DNA from: an uncultured Actinomycetota bacterium
GTDB lineage: Bacteria > Actinomycetota > Thermoleophilia > RBG-16-64-13
DNA length: 64,000 nucleotides
Reading direction: 5' to 3'
Assembly (NCBI GenBank): GCA_963843515.1
Contig: CAWJKH010000004.1
Location: 35,867-99,866 of the forward strand
How positions within the stretch are numbered: the first letter of the stretch is position 1; each line of letters opens with the position of its first letter. The position numbers and the translations under genes are program-made. This document shows positions 51,362 to 61,467 of the stretch, one piece after another. The notes under the pieces are model-generated. The model was not told where the DNA came from. It saw only the letters and a list, made by a program, of their open reading frames with translations, and searched no databases.

Positions 51362-52111
51362 CTAGCCCCGCACGAGCCGCCGGAGCGCGTCCCGGGCTGC
51401 CCGGCGCACGCGATCGTCGGGGTCCGCGGCCAGGATGTGCAGCGCGTCGATCGCCTGCCCGGCGAGGTCGGCGATACGGCCTATGAGCTCCAGACGCGCC
51501 CGGCTGGAGAGTGCGGGAGCCTCGCGCAGCACGAGGACCGAGGCCGCCTCCGAGGCCTCCCTGGCGGCCCGCAGCACTCGCTCGGTGGCGGGGTCGATCT
51601 CGGAACCCTCTTCGACCGGCGGCACCGGACGGCGCGGGCCTCGCGCTTGGAGCGCTGCCCGGATGTCCATCTCTTCGAACAACCCGTACGTGCGGGGCCG
51701 GGCCTGCGACCGCGAGCGCGGCGAGACGCGCAGGTCCTCGACGGCGCCGACCCCTCCGGCCGCTCCGGCCTCTCCGATTTCACCACTCCCTCCGACTTCG
51801 TCATAGTCCGGGGCGAACAGTCCCAGGTCCACGGGCTCTCGCGACAGATGCTCGGCGGCCCGACTGGTGCTCTCCTCGCCGTAGCGATTCACCATGCGGT
51901 TGGCGATGGTCTCGCTCATGAGGTAGTCGACGGGCAAATCGAAGTGCCGGGCGAGAGCCTCAACCGACTCGGGGGAGGGAAGTCTTTCCCCGCGCTCGAT
52001 GCGGGACAGCATCGCCACGGACAGCCCAGTGGCGTCCGAGACCTGCTCGAGAGTCTCGTCCCGGCTGTGCCGCAGCTTCCTGAGAATGTATCCGAAGTTG
52101 ACCCTGGCCAT
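51362..52111 (-). CDS. XRE-family HTH transcriptional regulator with C-terminal HEAT-like helical domain
   Basis: LRKLRHSRDETLEQVSDATGLSVAMLSRIERGERLPS is an HTH_XRE motif. The C-terminus carries a DPDDRVRRAARDAL HEAT/PBS-type repeat. Confidence 0.65.
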   Translation of the reverse strand: MARVNFGYILRKLRHSRDETLEQVSDATGLSVAMLSRIERGERLPSPESVEALARHFDLPVDYLMSETIANRMVNRYGEESTSRAAEHLSREPVDLGLFAPDYDEVGGSGEIGEAGAAGGVGAVEDLRVSPRSRSQARPRTYGLFEEMDIRAALQARGPRRPVPPVEEGSEIDPATERVLRAAREASEAASVLVLREAPALSSRARLELIGRIADLAGQAIDALHILAADPDDRVRRAARDALRRLVRG

Positions 52112-52149
52112 CGTCGTTCCTCCGGCGTCCATTCTACACCATTGTCAAT

Positions 52150-52235
52150 GTACTTGACAGAGTTGGCAATGCTGATATGATGCTATTTGACACATATGGC
52201 AAAGCCTTTGCCTTTCCTGTCCACTGCGGGGAGTA
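52150..52235 (+). promoter_or_regulatory. AT-rich divergent promoter/operator region
   Basis: TTGACA-16nt-TATGAT, a second TTTGACA, and a perfect palindrome GGCAAAGCCTTTGCC. Confidence 0.4.
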
Positions 52236-52270
52236 GAGTCGGGGGAGGGCTGAACAAAAGGGGGTTCGAG

Positions 52271-53056
52271 ATGGACGAGCAGATCAAGGAGCAGGAAGAC
52301 AGGACCATCCTCATCAACTTCGTGCTGGACAAGTCGGGGTCTATGGAGGTCATCCGCGAGGCGACCATCGCCGGGTTCAACCAGTTCCTCCGTGATCAGC
52401 GGGAAGAGGGCGGGTCCGCGTTCATGACCCTCACCCTGTTCGACACGAGGTTTCAGACCGTGACACAGGCGATCCCCCTGGCGGAGGTGCAACCGCTCGA
52501 CCGCCGGAGCTACGTTCCCGGCGGCACGACCGCCCTCTACGACGCCATCGCCCACACCATGACCGTCACCGACCAGTACGTGGCCGCGAACAATCCCGAC
52601 CAGGTGCTGTTCGTGATCATGACCGATGGGCAGGAGAACTCCAGTCGCGGATTCGATCGGCAGCAGATCATGGAGCTGATCGAAGAGCGGCAGCGCACTG
52701 CTGACTACGAGTTCGTCTACCTGGGCGCCAACCAGGACGCCTACGCCGCGGGTGACGGCATCGGCATCCGTGGCGGCCGGACGCTGGACTACTCCGCGTC
52801 ACCCGCGGCGACCCGCGCGACCATGGAGAAGCTGTCGTGGAACGTCAAGGCTCATCGCCGGCTGGGGGAGAAGAAGCTCGCCAGCCACGAGTTCTTCTCT
52901 GACGCCTTCGAAGGCCTGGGCAAGGACTCCTGGGACGAGCACAAGACCAAGCGGGACCAAGCGGCCGACGAGCAGCCCGCGGCGGGTGCGGCCGAGGGCG
53001 CGGCTCCCGATCGTGAGTCGGCGCCCGCCGCGGCACCCGACGGGCGGGAGGTGTAG
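52271..53056 (+). CDS. von Willebrand factor A (vWA) domain protein
   Basis: MIDAS motif DKSGSM...T...D. About 260 aa with an acidic tail. Confidence 0.7.
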   Translation: MDEQIKEQEDRTILINFVLDKSGSMEVIREATIAGFNQFLRDQREEGGSAFMTLTLFDTRFQTVTQAIPLAEVQPLDRRSYVPGGTTALYDAIAHTMTVTDQYVAANNPDQVLFVIMTDGQENSSRGFDRQQIMELIEERQRTADYEFVYLGANQDAYAAGDGIGIRGGRTLDYSASPAATRATMEKLSWNVKAHRRLGEKKLASHEFFSDAFEGLGKDSWDEHKTKRDQAADEQPAAGAAEGAAPDRESAPAAAPDGREV

Positions 53057-53058
53057 GC

Positions 53059-54063
53059 ATGAGCAGCGCGATTCCCACGCTGGTGGAGCGGCTCCGGCTC
53101 GGGGATCCGGTGACCGACGGAGGGCTGACCATGGTCCCCGTGTTCGGCCGGTTCGACAAGGTGCCTCCGGTCGTGACCATGGAGGAGGCCATTGCTTCCC
53201 GCATCCTCGAGGTCACCGAGGTCTCCGAAGGCGGAGCTGTACCGTCTCTGCGCGCCCGTAACACCGGGAGCATCGGCATCCTCATCCTGGACGGGGAGGA
53301 GTTGGCCGGCGCCAAGCAGAACCGGGTGCTGAACACCTCGGTGTTCATCAAGCCCGGGCAGGAGATCATCATCCCGGTCAGCTGCACTGAGGCCGGGCGA
53401 TGGAGCTACCGCACCACCACGTTCGACGACTCCGGCCATGTGGCCGCCCCAGCCATCCGGCTGGCGGCGGCTCGGTCGGTCACCGCGAACGTGCGACGTG
53501 GCGGCGCCTATCACTCCGACCAGGACGCAGTATGGAAGGAAGTCTCCTCTCTTCAGGAACGGCACAGACTGGTGTCGCCCACGTCGGCGGCCCGGGATGT
53601 GTACGAAGGTCGCAAGTCCGACATGGAGCGCCGTGAGGCGGCCTTCGCGTGCCTACCCGAGCAGACTGGCCTGGTGGCTCTGTGGTCCGGCCGCGTCGCC
53701 GGGATGGATGTGATCGCGAGCGACCGGGCGTACGCCAGATTGCACGGCCGGCTGGTGCGGTCATATGCACTGGATGCGCCCATCGGCACTCCCTCGTCGG
53801 TGGAGCATGATCGACATGCCGCTCAGGAGTGGGTAGCTGCACTGGCCAGGGTGCAGGCCACCGAGCACGAGTCGCCTGGGAACGGGATCAGCTATCGGTT
53901 CACGGGGAACGGCGTGGTCGGGTCGGCACTGGCGGTCGATGGGGCGGTGCTCCACGCAGTGGCGTTCGCGACGCCGGGCGGCCGGACTGAACCGGACGGG
54001 TCTGACTCGCGCGCAAGCCGGTACCCGGGGTTCTTCGAACGGCGGGCGCAGTTCCCCTGGTAG
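53059..54063 (+). CDS. Hypothetical protein translationally coupled to vWA gene
   Basis: The ATG lies 2 nt after the vWA stop. 334 aa with no recognisable motif. Confidence 0.5.
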   Translation: MSSAIPTLVERLRLGDPVTDGGLTMVPVFGRFDKVPPVVTMEEAIASRILEVTEVSEGGAVPSLRARNTGSIGILILDGEELAGAKQNRVLNTSVFIKPGQEIIIPVSCTEAGRWSYRTTTFDDSGHVAAPAIRLAAARSVTANVRRGGAYHSDQDAVWKEVSSLQERHRLVSPTSAARDVYEGRKSDMERREAAFACLPEQTGLVALWSGRVAGMDVIASDRAYARLHGRLVRSYALDAPIGTPSSVEHDRHAAQEWVAALARVQATEHESPGNGISYRFTGNGVVGSALAVDGAVLHAVAFATPGGRTEPDGSDSRASRYPGFFERRAQFPW

Positions 54064-54136
54064 AAACGATGGTCGCCAAACGACGGACGCCGACAGGCCA
54101 CGGGCCCGCCGCCGTGGGGGCTGACCCGTGGCGCGC

Positions 54137-54900
54137 TTACTCCAGCAGCAGCCGGTCCACCGCCAGTGTCTCTCCACTGGCTTCGTGGAACTTGCGGACC
54201 AGGGAGCCCACCGTCAGGGTCTCTTTATCGGTGCCGCTGACGTCAAGAATGATCTTGCCGGCGTGCATCATGATGAGGCGGTTGCCCCACTGCAGGGCGA
54301 TCTCCATATTGTGCGTGACCATGACGGTGGTCAGGTTGCGTTGCCGGACGATCTTGCCGGTGAGGTCCATGATCGTGGCGGCCACCTTGGGATCGAGCGC
54401 GGCGGTGTGTTCGTCCAGGAGCAGCAGCCGGGGCTCGGCCACGGTGGCCATGAGCAAGGACACTGCCTGGCGCTGACCCCCGGACAGCTTGTTCACCTGG
54501 GTCGGTGAGCCGGGTCTCCAGGCCCATGCAGAGCTCGGCCAAGGCCTCTTTCATCTGCCTCTTGAGCCGGGCCGGCACGCCGGGCCGCAGGCCGCGCCGG
54601 CGGCCCCGCAGGTAGGCCATGGCCATGTTTTCCTGGATGGACATCGAAGGCGCCGTCCCTGCCCGGGGGTCCTGGAACACCCGGCCGATCGATCGCGCGC
54701 CTCGCAGGTACTCGGCGAGGTGGGTGATGTCCTCGTCCGTCCGAGCGCAGATGGTGCCCGCGGTGAGCAGGGATGCGTGCCGGCGATGACGTTCAGGAGG
54801 GTCGACTTGCCCGAGCCGTTGGAGCCGATCACGGTGACGAAGTCGCCGGGCTCCACCTGAAGGTTGATGTCGTTCAGGGCCACGACCTCGTTGACCGTGC
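54137..54900 (-). pseudogene. ABC transporter ATP-binding protein (COG1101-like), multiply frameshifted
   Basis: Walker A GSNGSGKSTL, Q-loop/FQDP region and LSGGQRQ-LLLDE lie in three different frames. Confidence 0.6.
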
Positions 54901-54957
54901 GCGGGAAGAAGACCTTCCTGCAGGTCCTGTGACAGCGGTCAGCCCGGCCGGAGTCGC

Positions 54958-55817
54958 TCACATCCTTATCACTTTCCGTCTGCACGGTGGGCAGCGACAG
55001 CGCCACGACCACCAGGAGGGCGGTGAAGCAGCTTGAGGTCGGTCGGGAGCGATCCCCAGCCTCAGGCTGATCGAGATGAGCAGCCGGAACACGATCGAGC
55101 CGCCGATGACGCTGAAGAGGACCCAACTGATGCTTCTGGTCCCGAACAGCACCTCGCCGATGATGACGCCGGCCAGGCCGGCCACGATCGTGCCGATGCC
55201 CATGCCCACGTCGGCGAACCCTTGGTACTGGGCGACCAGCGAGCCGCTCAGCGCGACGAGGGCGTTCGCCAGACCAAGTCCGAGCACCCGCACCAGGTTC
55301 GTGTTGACCCCGAGCGAACGGAGCATCTGCTCGTTGTCGCCGGTGGCCTGCATGGCCAGGCCCAGCTCGGTGTGAAGGAACCAGTCGAGAACGTATTTGA
55401 TGATGAGCATGAGTACGGCAAGCATGCAGGATGAGCCACCAGCCGGTCATGTGCACCGCCGAACCAGCTGCCGATCTGGTCGAAGACGTTGTCCTTGCCC
55501 AGGAGCGGGACGTTGCTGCCTCCCATGATGCGCAGGTTGATGGTGTAGAGCGCCGGTCATCACCAGGATGCCCGCGAGCAGCTTGGGTCCGTAGTTGGTG
55601 GAATCCCGTCACCGACTTTGAGGAGCAGGTGGAGACCACCGGTCACGAGTCCGGCGAGCAGGCCCGCTGCGGTCCCGGCGATGGTCGGCCAGCCAGGGAG
55701 AATGGCCTCCGCGGTGATGATGGCGGCCGTCACCGCCGCCCCCAGGGGGAGGCTCCCGTCCACGGTCAGGTCGGGGAAGTCGAGGACCCGGAAGGTCATG
55801 AAGACCCCGAGGACCAT
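54958..55817 (-). pseudogene. ABC transporter permease (COG4120-like), frameshifted
   Basis: The N-terminal FRVLDFPDLTVDGS segment and the C-terminal TM segments are in different frames, and the middle is unreadable. Confidence 0.55.
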
Positions 55818-56074
55818 GAAGCCGTAGAGAAGGCCTTGCTCGCAGGGCCTGGTGATAGTACGGTCTCCACTGGTTCCTTACCTCACGCCCGTCACGCCGC
55901 CGCGGACGGCGAGCGCCGTCTCGTGACGCCGACAATGCGACGATGGCGGGGCCTGAAGGCCCCGCCATCGAATGCGATCGGATCACGTGATCGCTCACGC
56001 CGGTTCACACGTCGCTCGGGACTTCGGCGCTAGAAGGTCTGTATCGGCCTTGGCTTTGAGATCGTCGGGGATGG

Positions 56075-57126
56075 TCACGCCCATGCGCGGTGGCGGCGGC
56101 CATGTTGATGGCCAACTGGAGGTTCTGGGCGTACTCGACCGGGATCTGCGCGATCGGGGTGCCCTTGAGCACCTGCGCGGCCACCATGTCCGGCCTGCAT
56201 GCCGTGATCTTTGTAGTCGAACGCGTAGGCGGCGACGGCTCCGCGCTTGACGCTGTCGGTGTCACCGGCGATCAGGGGGATCTTGTTGTCTTGGCAGACC
56301 TTGACCACGCTCTCCAGCGCGGAGACGACGGTGTTGTCGGTGAGCACCGAGATCGCGTCGACCCTGCCCACCAGGGACTGGGCGGCCGCAAGCACTTCTG
56401 CCGAGCTCGCGGCCGTGGCTTCGACGACCTTGAGGCCCATGGCCTCGGCAGCCGCTTTCTCTTTCTCGACCAGCGACACCGAGTTCGTCTCGCCCGCGTT
56501 GTAGAGCAGGCCGATGGTCTTGACGTTGGGCACCAGCTCTTGATGAGGTCGAGGTGCGGCTGGACCGGCAGCATGTCGGAGACGCCGGTGACGTTGGCCT
56601 CAGGGGCGTCCGGGTTCTTCACCAGGCCGGCCGCCACCGGATCGGTGACCGCGGCGAAGACGATGGGGATGGTCGTGGTGGCCTTGACAGCGGCCTGGCT
56701 GGTGGGCGTGGCCACCGAGAGGATCAGGTCGACTTTGTCGCCCACGAACTTCTGGGCGATGGTGGTGGCGTTGGCCATGTCGCCCTGAGCGTTCTGCTTG
56801 TCGTAGGTGACGTTCTTGCCCTCGACGAAGCCCGCTGCGGCGAGGGCGTCGATGAAGCCCTCGACGGTCGCGTCGAGCGCAGGGTGGCTGACGATCTGGG
56901 TGATGCCGACCTTGTAGGTCTTGCCGGCGGTGGTCTCCGTAGAGGCAGCGGTGGTCTCAGATGACGGTGCCGCGGTGGTCTCGGTCGAGGGCGCCGCTGT
57001 CGTCTCCGTGGATGGAGCCGCAGTGGTCGTCGTGGTGGAGCTGCCGCACCCCGCCGCAAAGACGGCGAAGAGGGCGACTGCCACGACGAGCCCGAGAACG
57101 ATCAGTGTCTTTGCCTTCACTTGCAT
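56075..57126 (-). pseudogene. ABC transporter substrate-binding lipoprotein (COG2984/BMP-like), frameshifted
   Basis: Lipobox FAAGCGSS, a Thr-rich linker and an SBP fold in one frame up to ..DLIKS, continuing in another frame (..MPNVKTIGLLYNAGE..) and then breaking again. Confidence 0.55.
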
Positions 57127-57336
57127 TGCTACCCCCCAGGTAGTCGGTTGATGAGGCATTGTATGCGGTCCTTCCGCGGGTTGGCAAGTTGGGGCGCCCT
57201 CCTGCCGCCCAATGGGCCGAAGGTTGCAGTGGTGCTCCCGGGGTCAGCCGCTAGCATGGCGGCGATGAGGTTGCGCGAGGACCGCCATGTACGATAGATT
57301 GAAACCATTATGAAACCATAATGGTTGGAGAGGACT

Positions 57337-57585
57337 GTGCCCACCACGCTCACCCTGAAGAACATCCCTGATGAAGTCTACGAACGGCTCAAGGCCTCCG
57401 CTGCGGCGCACCGGCGGAGCCTGAACAGCGAAGCCATCGTGTGCCTCGAGAGCGCCCTTCAGCCGGTGAAAAGAATAAGTGCGGAAGAACGCATTGCTCG
57501 GGCGCGTGTCCTACGATCGACGCTGCGCCGAGGTGATCTGACCGCTGAGGAGATAACCGCATTCAAGAACGAGGGGCACCCGTGA
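57337..57585 (+). CDS. vapB: VapB-type antitoxin (FitA/Arc-like RHH)
   Basis: GTG preceded by GGAGAGG. LTLKNIPDEVYERLKASAAAHRRSLNSE pattern. Overlaps the vapC start by 4 nt (ATGA). An upstream palindrome AACCATTATG..CATAATGGTT is present. Confidence 0.65.
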   Translation: MPTTLTLKNIPDEVYERLKASAAAHRRSLNSEAIVCLESALQPVKRISAEERIARARVLRSTLRRGDLTAEEITAFKNEGHP

Positions 57586-57974
57586 TCGTCGTCGATGCCA
57601 ACATTCTGGCATATCTCTACCTGGGGGGCGGTCACGGTCTCGCAGTCGAGGCGCTCTTGAAAGAAGACGAGGAGTGGGCGGCGCCAAGCCTCTGGCGAAG
57701 CGAGATGAGGAACACCTTGGCCGGCTGCCTTAGGCGCGGAGATCTCGGGCCGGCGGAAGCTCTGAGCATCCAGTCCGAAGCCGAGAACCTGATGGGGGGG
57801 GCCGAGTACGAGGTGAGCTCAGGCGCCGTACTCGAATTGGTGGCGATCAGCGACTGCACCGCCTACGATTGCGAGTATGTCGCGGTCGCGATCGGATTGG
57901 GGGTCAGATTGGTGACGATGGATGCCGCGGTGTTGAAGGCGTTCCCGGATGTCGCCGTCCCGCTCGTCGGCTGA
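57582..57974 (+). CDS. vapC: PIN-domain ribonuclease toxin VapC
   Basis: MIVVDANIL... with PIN acidic residues. 130 aa. Confidence 0.7.
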   Translation: MIVVDANILAYLYLGGGHGLAVEALLKEDEEWAAPSLWRSEMRNTLAGCLRRGDLGPAEALSIQSEAENLMGGAEYEVSSGAVLELVAISDCTAYDCEYVAVAIGLGVRLVTMDAAVLKAFPDVAVPLVG

Positions 57975-58007
57975 CACGGGTCGCAGGAGGTCGAGCAGGA
58001 GGTCGAA

Positions 58008-59228
58008 GTGGAAGCAAGAGGTCCGCAGTCCGGCGCCGGCCCTCCGCTGGGCGGGGGCCCCCTGTCGGGGGTCACCATCGTCGATCTCAGCCGAGTGCTC
58101 GCCGGCCCCTACTGCACGATGGTGCTGGCCGACCTCGGTGCCCGGGTGATCAAGGTCGAGGCGCCGGGCGCGGGGGACGATTCTCGGGCCTACGGTCCGT
58201 TCGTCAAGGGCAAGTCGGCCTACTTCATGTCGCTCAACCGAGGCAAGGAGAGCATCGCCCTCGATCTGAAGGCGGAGAGCGATCGCGAGGTGTTCGACGC
58301 TCTTCTCGATCACGCCGACGTGGTGGTGGAGAATTTCAGGGCCGGCACCATGGACCGCCTCGGCTTCGGCTGGGACGAGCTCCACGCGGGCCACCCCCGC
58401 TTGATCTGCGCGTCGGTCTCGGGCTTCGGGCGGACCGGCCCCTACTCCTCCCGCGCCGCTTACGACATCATCGTCCAAGCCATGGGTGGGGTAATGAGCC
58501 TCACCGGCCACCCCGATTCGCCGCCGGTGAGAGTGGGCGCCTCCATCGGCGACATCGTGGCGGCTCTCTTTCTCTCCACCGGCATCAACGCCGCCCTCTA
58601 CCAGCGGTCGCTCACCGGGGAGGGGATGCTGATCGACCTGGCTATGCTCGATGCCCAGGTGGCCATCCTCGAGAACGCCATCGCCCGCTATGTGACGACG
58701 GGTTCCGTGCCGGGGCCTCTCGGCGCCCGGCACCCCTCCATCACTCCGTTCGACGCCTTTGCCGCTGCGGACGGCTACCTGGTGATCGCGGCCGGCAACG
58801 ACGTGCTGTTCCGGCGCGCATGCGCGCTACTCGAGCGGCCCGATCTCGCCGACAACCCGCTGTTCACCAGCAATGACCTGCGCACCCGGCACCAGGCCGC
58901 ACTCAAGGACGAACTGGAGTCGGCGCTGCGGCTTCACCCGGTCGCTTACTGGCTCCAGGCGTTCGAGGAGGCCGGGATCCCGTGCGGCCCCATCAACACG
59001 GTGGACAAGGTTCTGGCAGACCCACAGGTGATCGCCCGGAACATGGTGGTGTCTACCGATGACCGGGTCGCGGGGCCATTGACGTTGGCCGGCAATCCGC
59101 TCAAGTTCTCGGCCTTCCTCGACCCCTCCACCCGCCCTCCGGCACCGGAACTCGACGGCGACCGAGCCGCTATCCTGGAGATGCTGGGTATCAGTGATGG
59201 TGCCCCGCGTGGGCGTCATTCTGCTTGA
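58008..59228 (+). CDS. CaiB/BaiF family (class III) CoA-transferase
   Basis: LSGVTIVDLSRVLAGPYCTMVLADLGARVIKVE N-terminal signature. Confidence 0.8.
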   Translation: MEARGPQSGAGPPLGGGPLSGVTIVDLSRVLAGPYCTMVLADLGARVIKVEAPGAGDDSRAYGPFVKGKSAYFMSLNRGKESIALDLKAESDREVFDALLDHADVVVENFRAGTMDRLGFGWDELHAGHPRLICASVSGFGRTGPYSSRAAYDIIVQAMGGVMSLTGHPDSPPVRVGASIGDIVAALFLSTGINAALYQRSLTGEGMLIDLAMLDAQVAILENAIARYVTTGSVPGPLGARHPSITPFDAFAAADGYLVIAAGNDVLFRRACALLERPDLADNPLFTSNDLRTRHQAALKDELESALRLHPVAYWLQAFEEAGIPCGPINTVDKVLADPQVIARNMVVSTDDRVAGPLTLAGNPLKFSAFLDPSTRPPAPELDGDRAAILEMLGISDGAPRGRHSA

Positions 59229-60162
59229 GCCCGGCAGGGACGATGTCGCAACTGCTCCCCGCGCACTCGGCCCCCCTCGTTCTCCAGTCTCGACGGTGAC
59301 GTGGCCGACGCCGAACTCCCGGGCGAGCATCGTCCTTGAGCTGGGTCATGAGCTCGCCCAACTCGGACAGGGCAGCGTCCTCCACCACGACGTGGGCCGA
59401 CAGGGCCATGTCGCTGGACGAGATGGACCAAATGTGCAGATCGTGGACGCCCTTGACCCCAGGGACGGCGAGCATCGCCTGGTCGACCTCGCTGAACTCC
59501 ACCCCCTCCGGCGTGCCCTCCATGAGCACGTTGACGGTCTTCTTGACGATCACGACGGCTTCTCGGCCGATCCATATTGAGACCAAGATCGACACGATGG
59601 GGTCCGCGTAGTTCCAGCCGCTCAGATACACGATCAGGCCGCTGACCATGACCCCCAAACTGGTGACAGCGTCGCCGATGAGATGCAGGAAGGCGCTCCG
59701 CAGGTTGAGGTCGTTGCCGTGGGAGCGGAGCAGCAGCGCCGCCACCCCGTTGATGACGAGGCCGGCCGCGGCGAAAGCCACTACCAGCAGACCTTCGACC
59801 GGCTCCGGCGATAGGAGGCGCTTCACGGCTTCCACGATGATGTACACGGAGATGGCGATGAGCACGGCCGCGTTGAACATGGCCACCAGGATCTCGGCCC
59901 GCTTGTAGGCGAAGGTGCGGCGGGGGGTGGCCGGCCGCCGGCCCAGGCGGACCGCCCACAGACTCAGACCCAGAGCCACCACGTCGCTGAGGTTGTGCGC
60001 TGCGTCGGAGAGCAGACCCAGGCTGTTCGCCAGGATGCCACCGGCCACCTGCAGCAGGGTGATTACTAGGTTGAGCCCCAGGCTGACGATAAGGCGGGCG
60101 TCGGGGGCCGCGGGGATGGTGGTCCCGCGGGGCGCAGAGGGTGGGGGAGTGCGTTCGTCCAT
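59191..60162 (-). CDS. Cation diffusion facilitator (CzcD-like) transporter; 3' end probably frameshifted
   Basis: Six TM helices with HxxxD motifs. The expected C-terminal ..FGVGHVTVE lies in a different frame (ORF 58827..59330) after ..LMTQLKDDAR. Confidence 0.65.
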   Translation of the reverse strand: MDERTPPPSAPRGTTIPAAPDARLIVSLGLNLVITLLQVAGGILANSLGLLSDAAHNLSDVVALGLSLWAVRLGRRPATPRRTFAYKRAEILVAMFNAAVLIAISVYIIVEAVKRLLSPEPVEGLLVVAFAAAGLVINGVAALLLRSHGNDLNLRSAFLHLIGDAVTSLGVMVSGLIVYLSGWNYADPIVSILVSIWIGREAVVIVKKTVNVLMEGTPEGVEFSEVDQAMLAVPGVKGVHDLHIWSISSSDMALSAHVVVEDAALSELGELMTQLKDDARPGVRRRPRHRRDWRTRGAECAGSSCDIVPAGLKQNDAHAGHHH

Positions 60163-60166
60163 AGGG

Positions 60167-60643
60167 TCAGCGCCGGGCGGCGAAGAACTCCTGCAGCACG
60201 TCGGCCGCTTCCGCCGCCATGACCCCAGCGAGCACCGCCGGGCGGTGGTTAAGCGCGGGATGATCGACTATGTTGAAGATGCTCCCGGCGGCCCCGGCTT
60301 TGGGGTCGTCGGCCCCGTACACCAGGCGCTCGATGCGCGCAAGGATAATGGCGCCTGCGCACATGGCGCACGGCTCCAGGGTCACGTAGAGGGTGGCCTC
60401 CGCCAGTCTCCACCCTCCCACGATGGCGGCCGCGTCGCGAAGCACCAGCATCTCGGCGTGGGCGGTAGGGTCATGGCGCCGCTCCCGCTCGTTACCCCGC
60501 GCGGAGACGATCTCACCGGAGAGCACCAGCACTGCGCCGATGGGCACCTCGCCCTGCTCGCCCGCCCTTCGCGCCTCGGCGAGGGCAAGCGCCATGAAAC
60601 GGCGGTCCTCAGAGGGCGTCAAACCCCGCCGTCTCCTCGACAC
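60167..60643 (-). CDS. tadA: tRNA adenosine(34) deaminase
   Basis: HAEMLVLR...LYVTLEPCAMCAGAI CDA zinc motifs. Confidence 0.85.
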   Translation of the reverse strand: MSRRRRGLTPSEDRRFMALALAEARRAGEQGEVPIGAVLVLSGEIVSARGNERERRHDPTAHAEMLVLRDAAAIVGGWRLAEATLYVTLEPCAMCAGAIILARIERLVYGADDPKAGAAGSIFNIVDHPALNHRPAVLAGVMAAEAADVLQEFFAARR

Positions 60644-60914
60644 CCTCGATCATGGCCGGCTCTTCGGGCTTGCAGCAAGGGCACGAGGCCCAGATGGGCT
60701 TCCTGCGTCCGTAGGCGAAATAGGCGATGGGGCCGATCCAGTTGACGAACATGAAGCCCGTCCAGAAGCGGCGGTCGCCGCGCACATCCTCGGGCTTCTG
60801 GTGCCACAGGTCCCAAAGGCCGCCTACCAGCAGGCAGAACTGTATGGTGGCCGCGATGATGACACCGATTCTCTGCGGGGCCGACAGGTCGGCCCACCGT
60901 TTCTTCTGCATCAT
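60609..60914 (-). CDS. PLDc_N-domain small membrane protein
   Basis: W...NWIGPIAYFAYGRR motif. Confidence 0.6.
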   Translation of the reverse strand: MMQKKRWADLSAPQRIGVIIAATIQFCLLVGGLWDLWHQKPEDVRGDRRFWTGFMFVNWIGPIAYFAYGRRKPIWASCPCCKPEEPAMIEGVEETAGFDAL

Positions 60915-61099
60915 GTCTTCCTCCGGTCTGTGCCCGCACTATGACTGTTGGACCTCTCTCATGATACAGCGGGCAGGCCGCCGAAGGGCGGGCGGACGAA
61001 GGGTGACGGGGCGCTTGGCGCGCGCCGAGCGCCCTCGGGCAGCACTGCGCACTGCGAGCGGGGCGAAACTCGGTTTCGCCGAAAGCGGACCCGGCCGGT

Positions 61100-61321
61100 T
61101 CAGGCCGCGTCGAGCTGGCGCAGTTCGCTAACGGTGCCGTCGGCGAAGTAGATGCGCAGGCTGCGCACCACGTCGTCATGGATGTCGAGATGGATGGCCG
61201 CGACGCCGTCCTGCGGAGCGGCGAACTCGATCTCCTGCCGGACGACCGAGAACTGGCGGTAGGCCACATAGGCGATGGGCACCATGAGTGCGACGACTGC
61301 GACGATGGCTGCTACTAGCAT
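61100..61321 (-). CDS. Small single-TM hypothetical protein
   Basis: MLVAAIVAVVALMVPIAYVAY... Followed on its strand by the perfect hairpin GGCGAAAC-tcg-GTTTCGCC (61055-61075). Confidence 0.35.
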   Translation of the reverse strand: MLVAAIVAVVALMVPIAYVAYRQFSVVRQEIEFAAPQDGVAAIHLDIHDDVVRSLRIYFADGTVSELRQLDAA

Positions 61322-61467
61322 GCCCCCTCCGTTCCCGGCGCCCTGACGGCGCGCTCTCTCTTCTGCAACAAGCATAGCGCGGGGTCCGGACAGGAAATCT
61401 TCCGCACCTCGTTACTTTGCCTCGCGCCAATCGTTTGTTAAAATAGATATAATTTTTAAATGGAAAT

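Noticed and set aside
54069-56788. Plus-strand ORFs (135-232 aa) across the 54-57 kb region
   Set aside because: The minus strand carries unmistakable ABC ATPase, permease and SBP motifs. The plus-strand ORFs are GC-rich shadows with no motifs.
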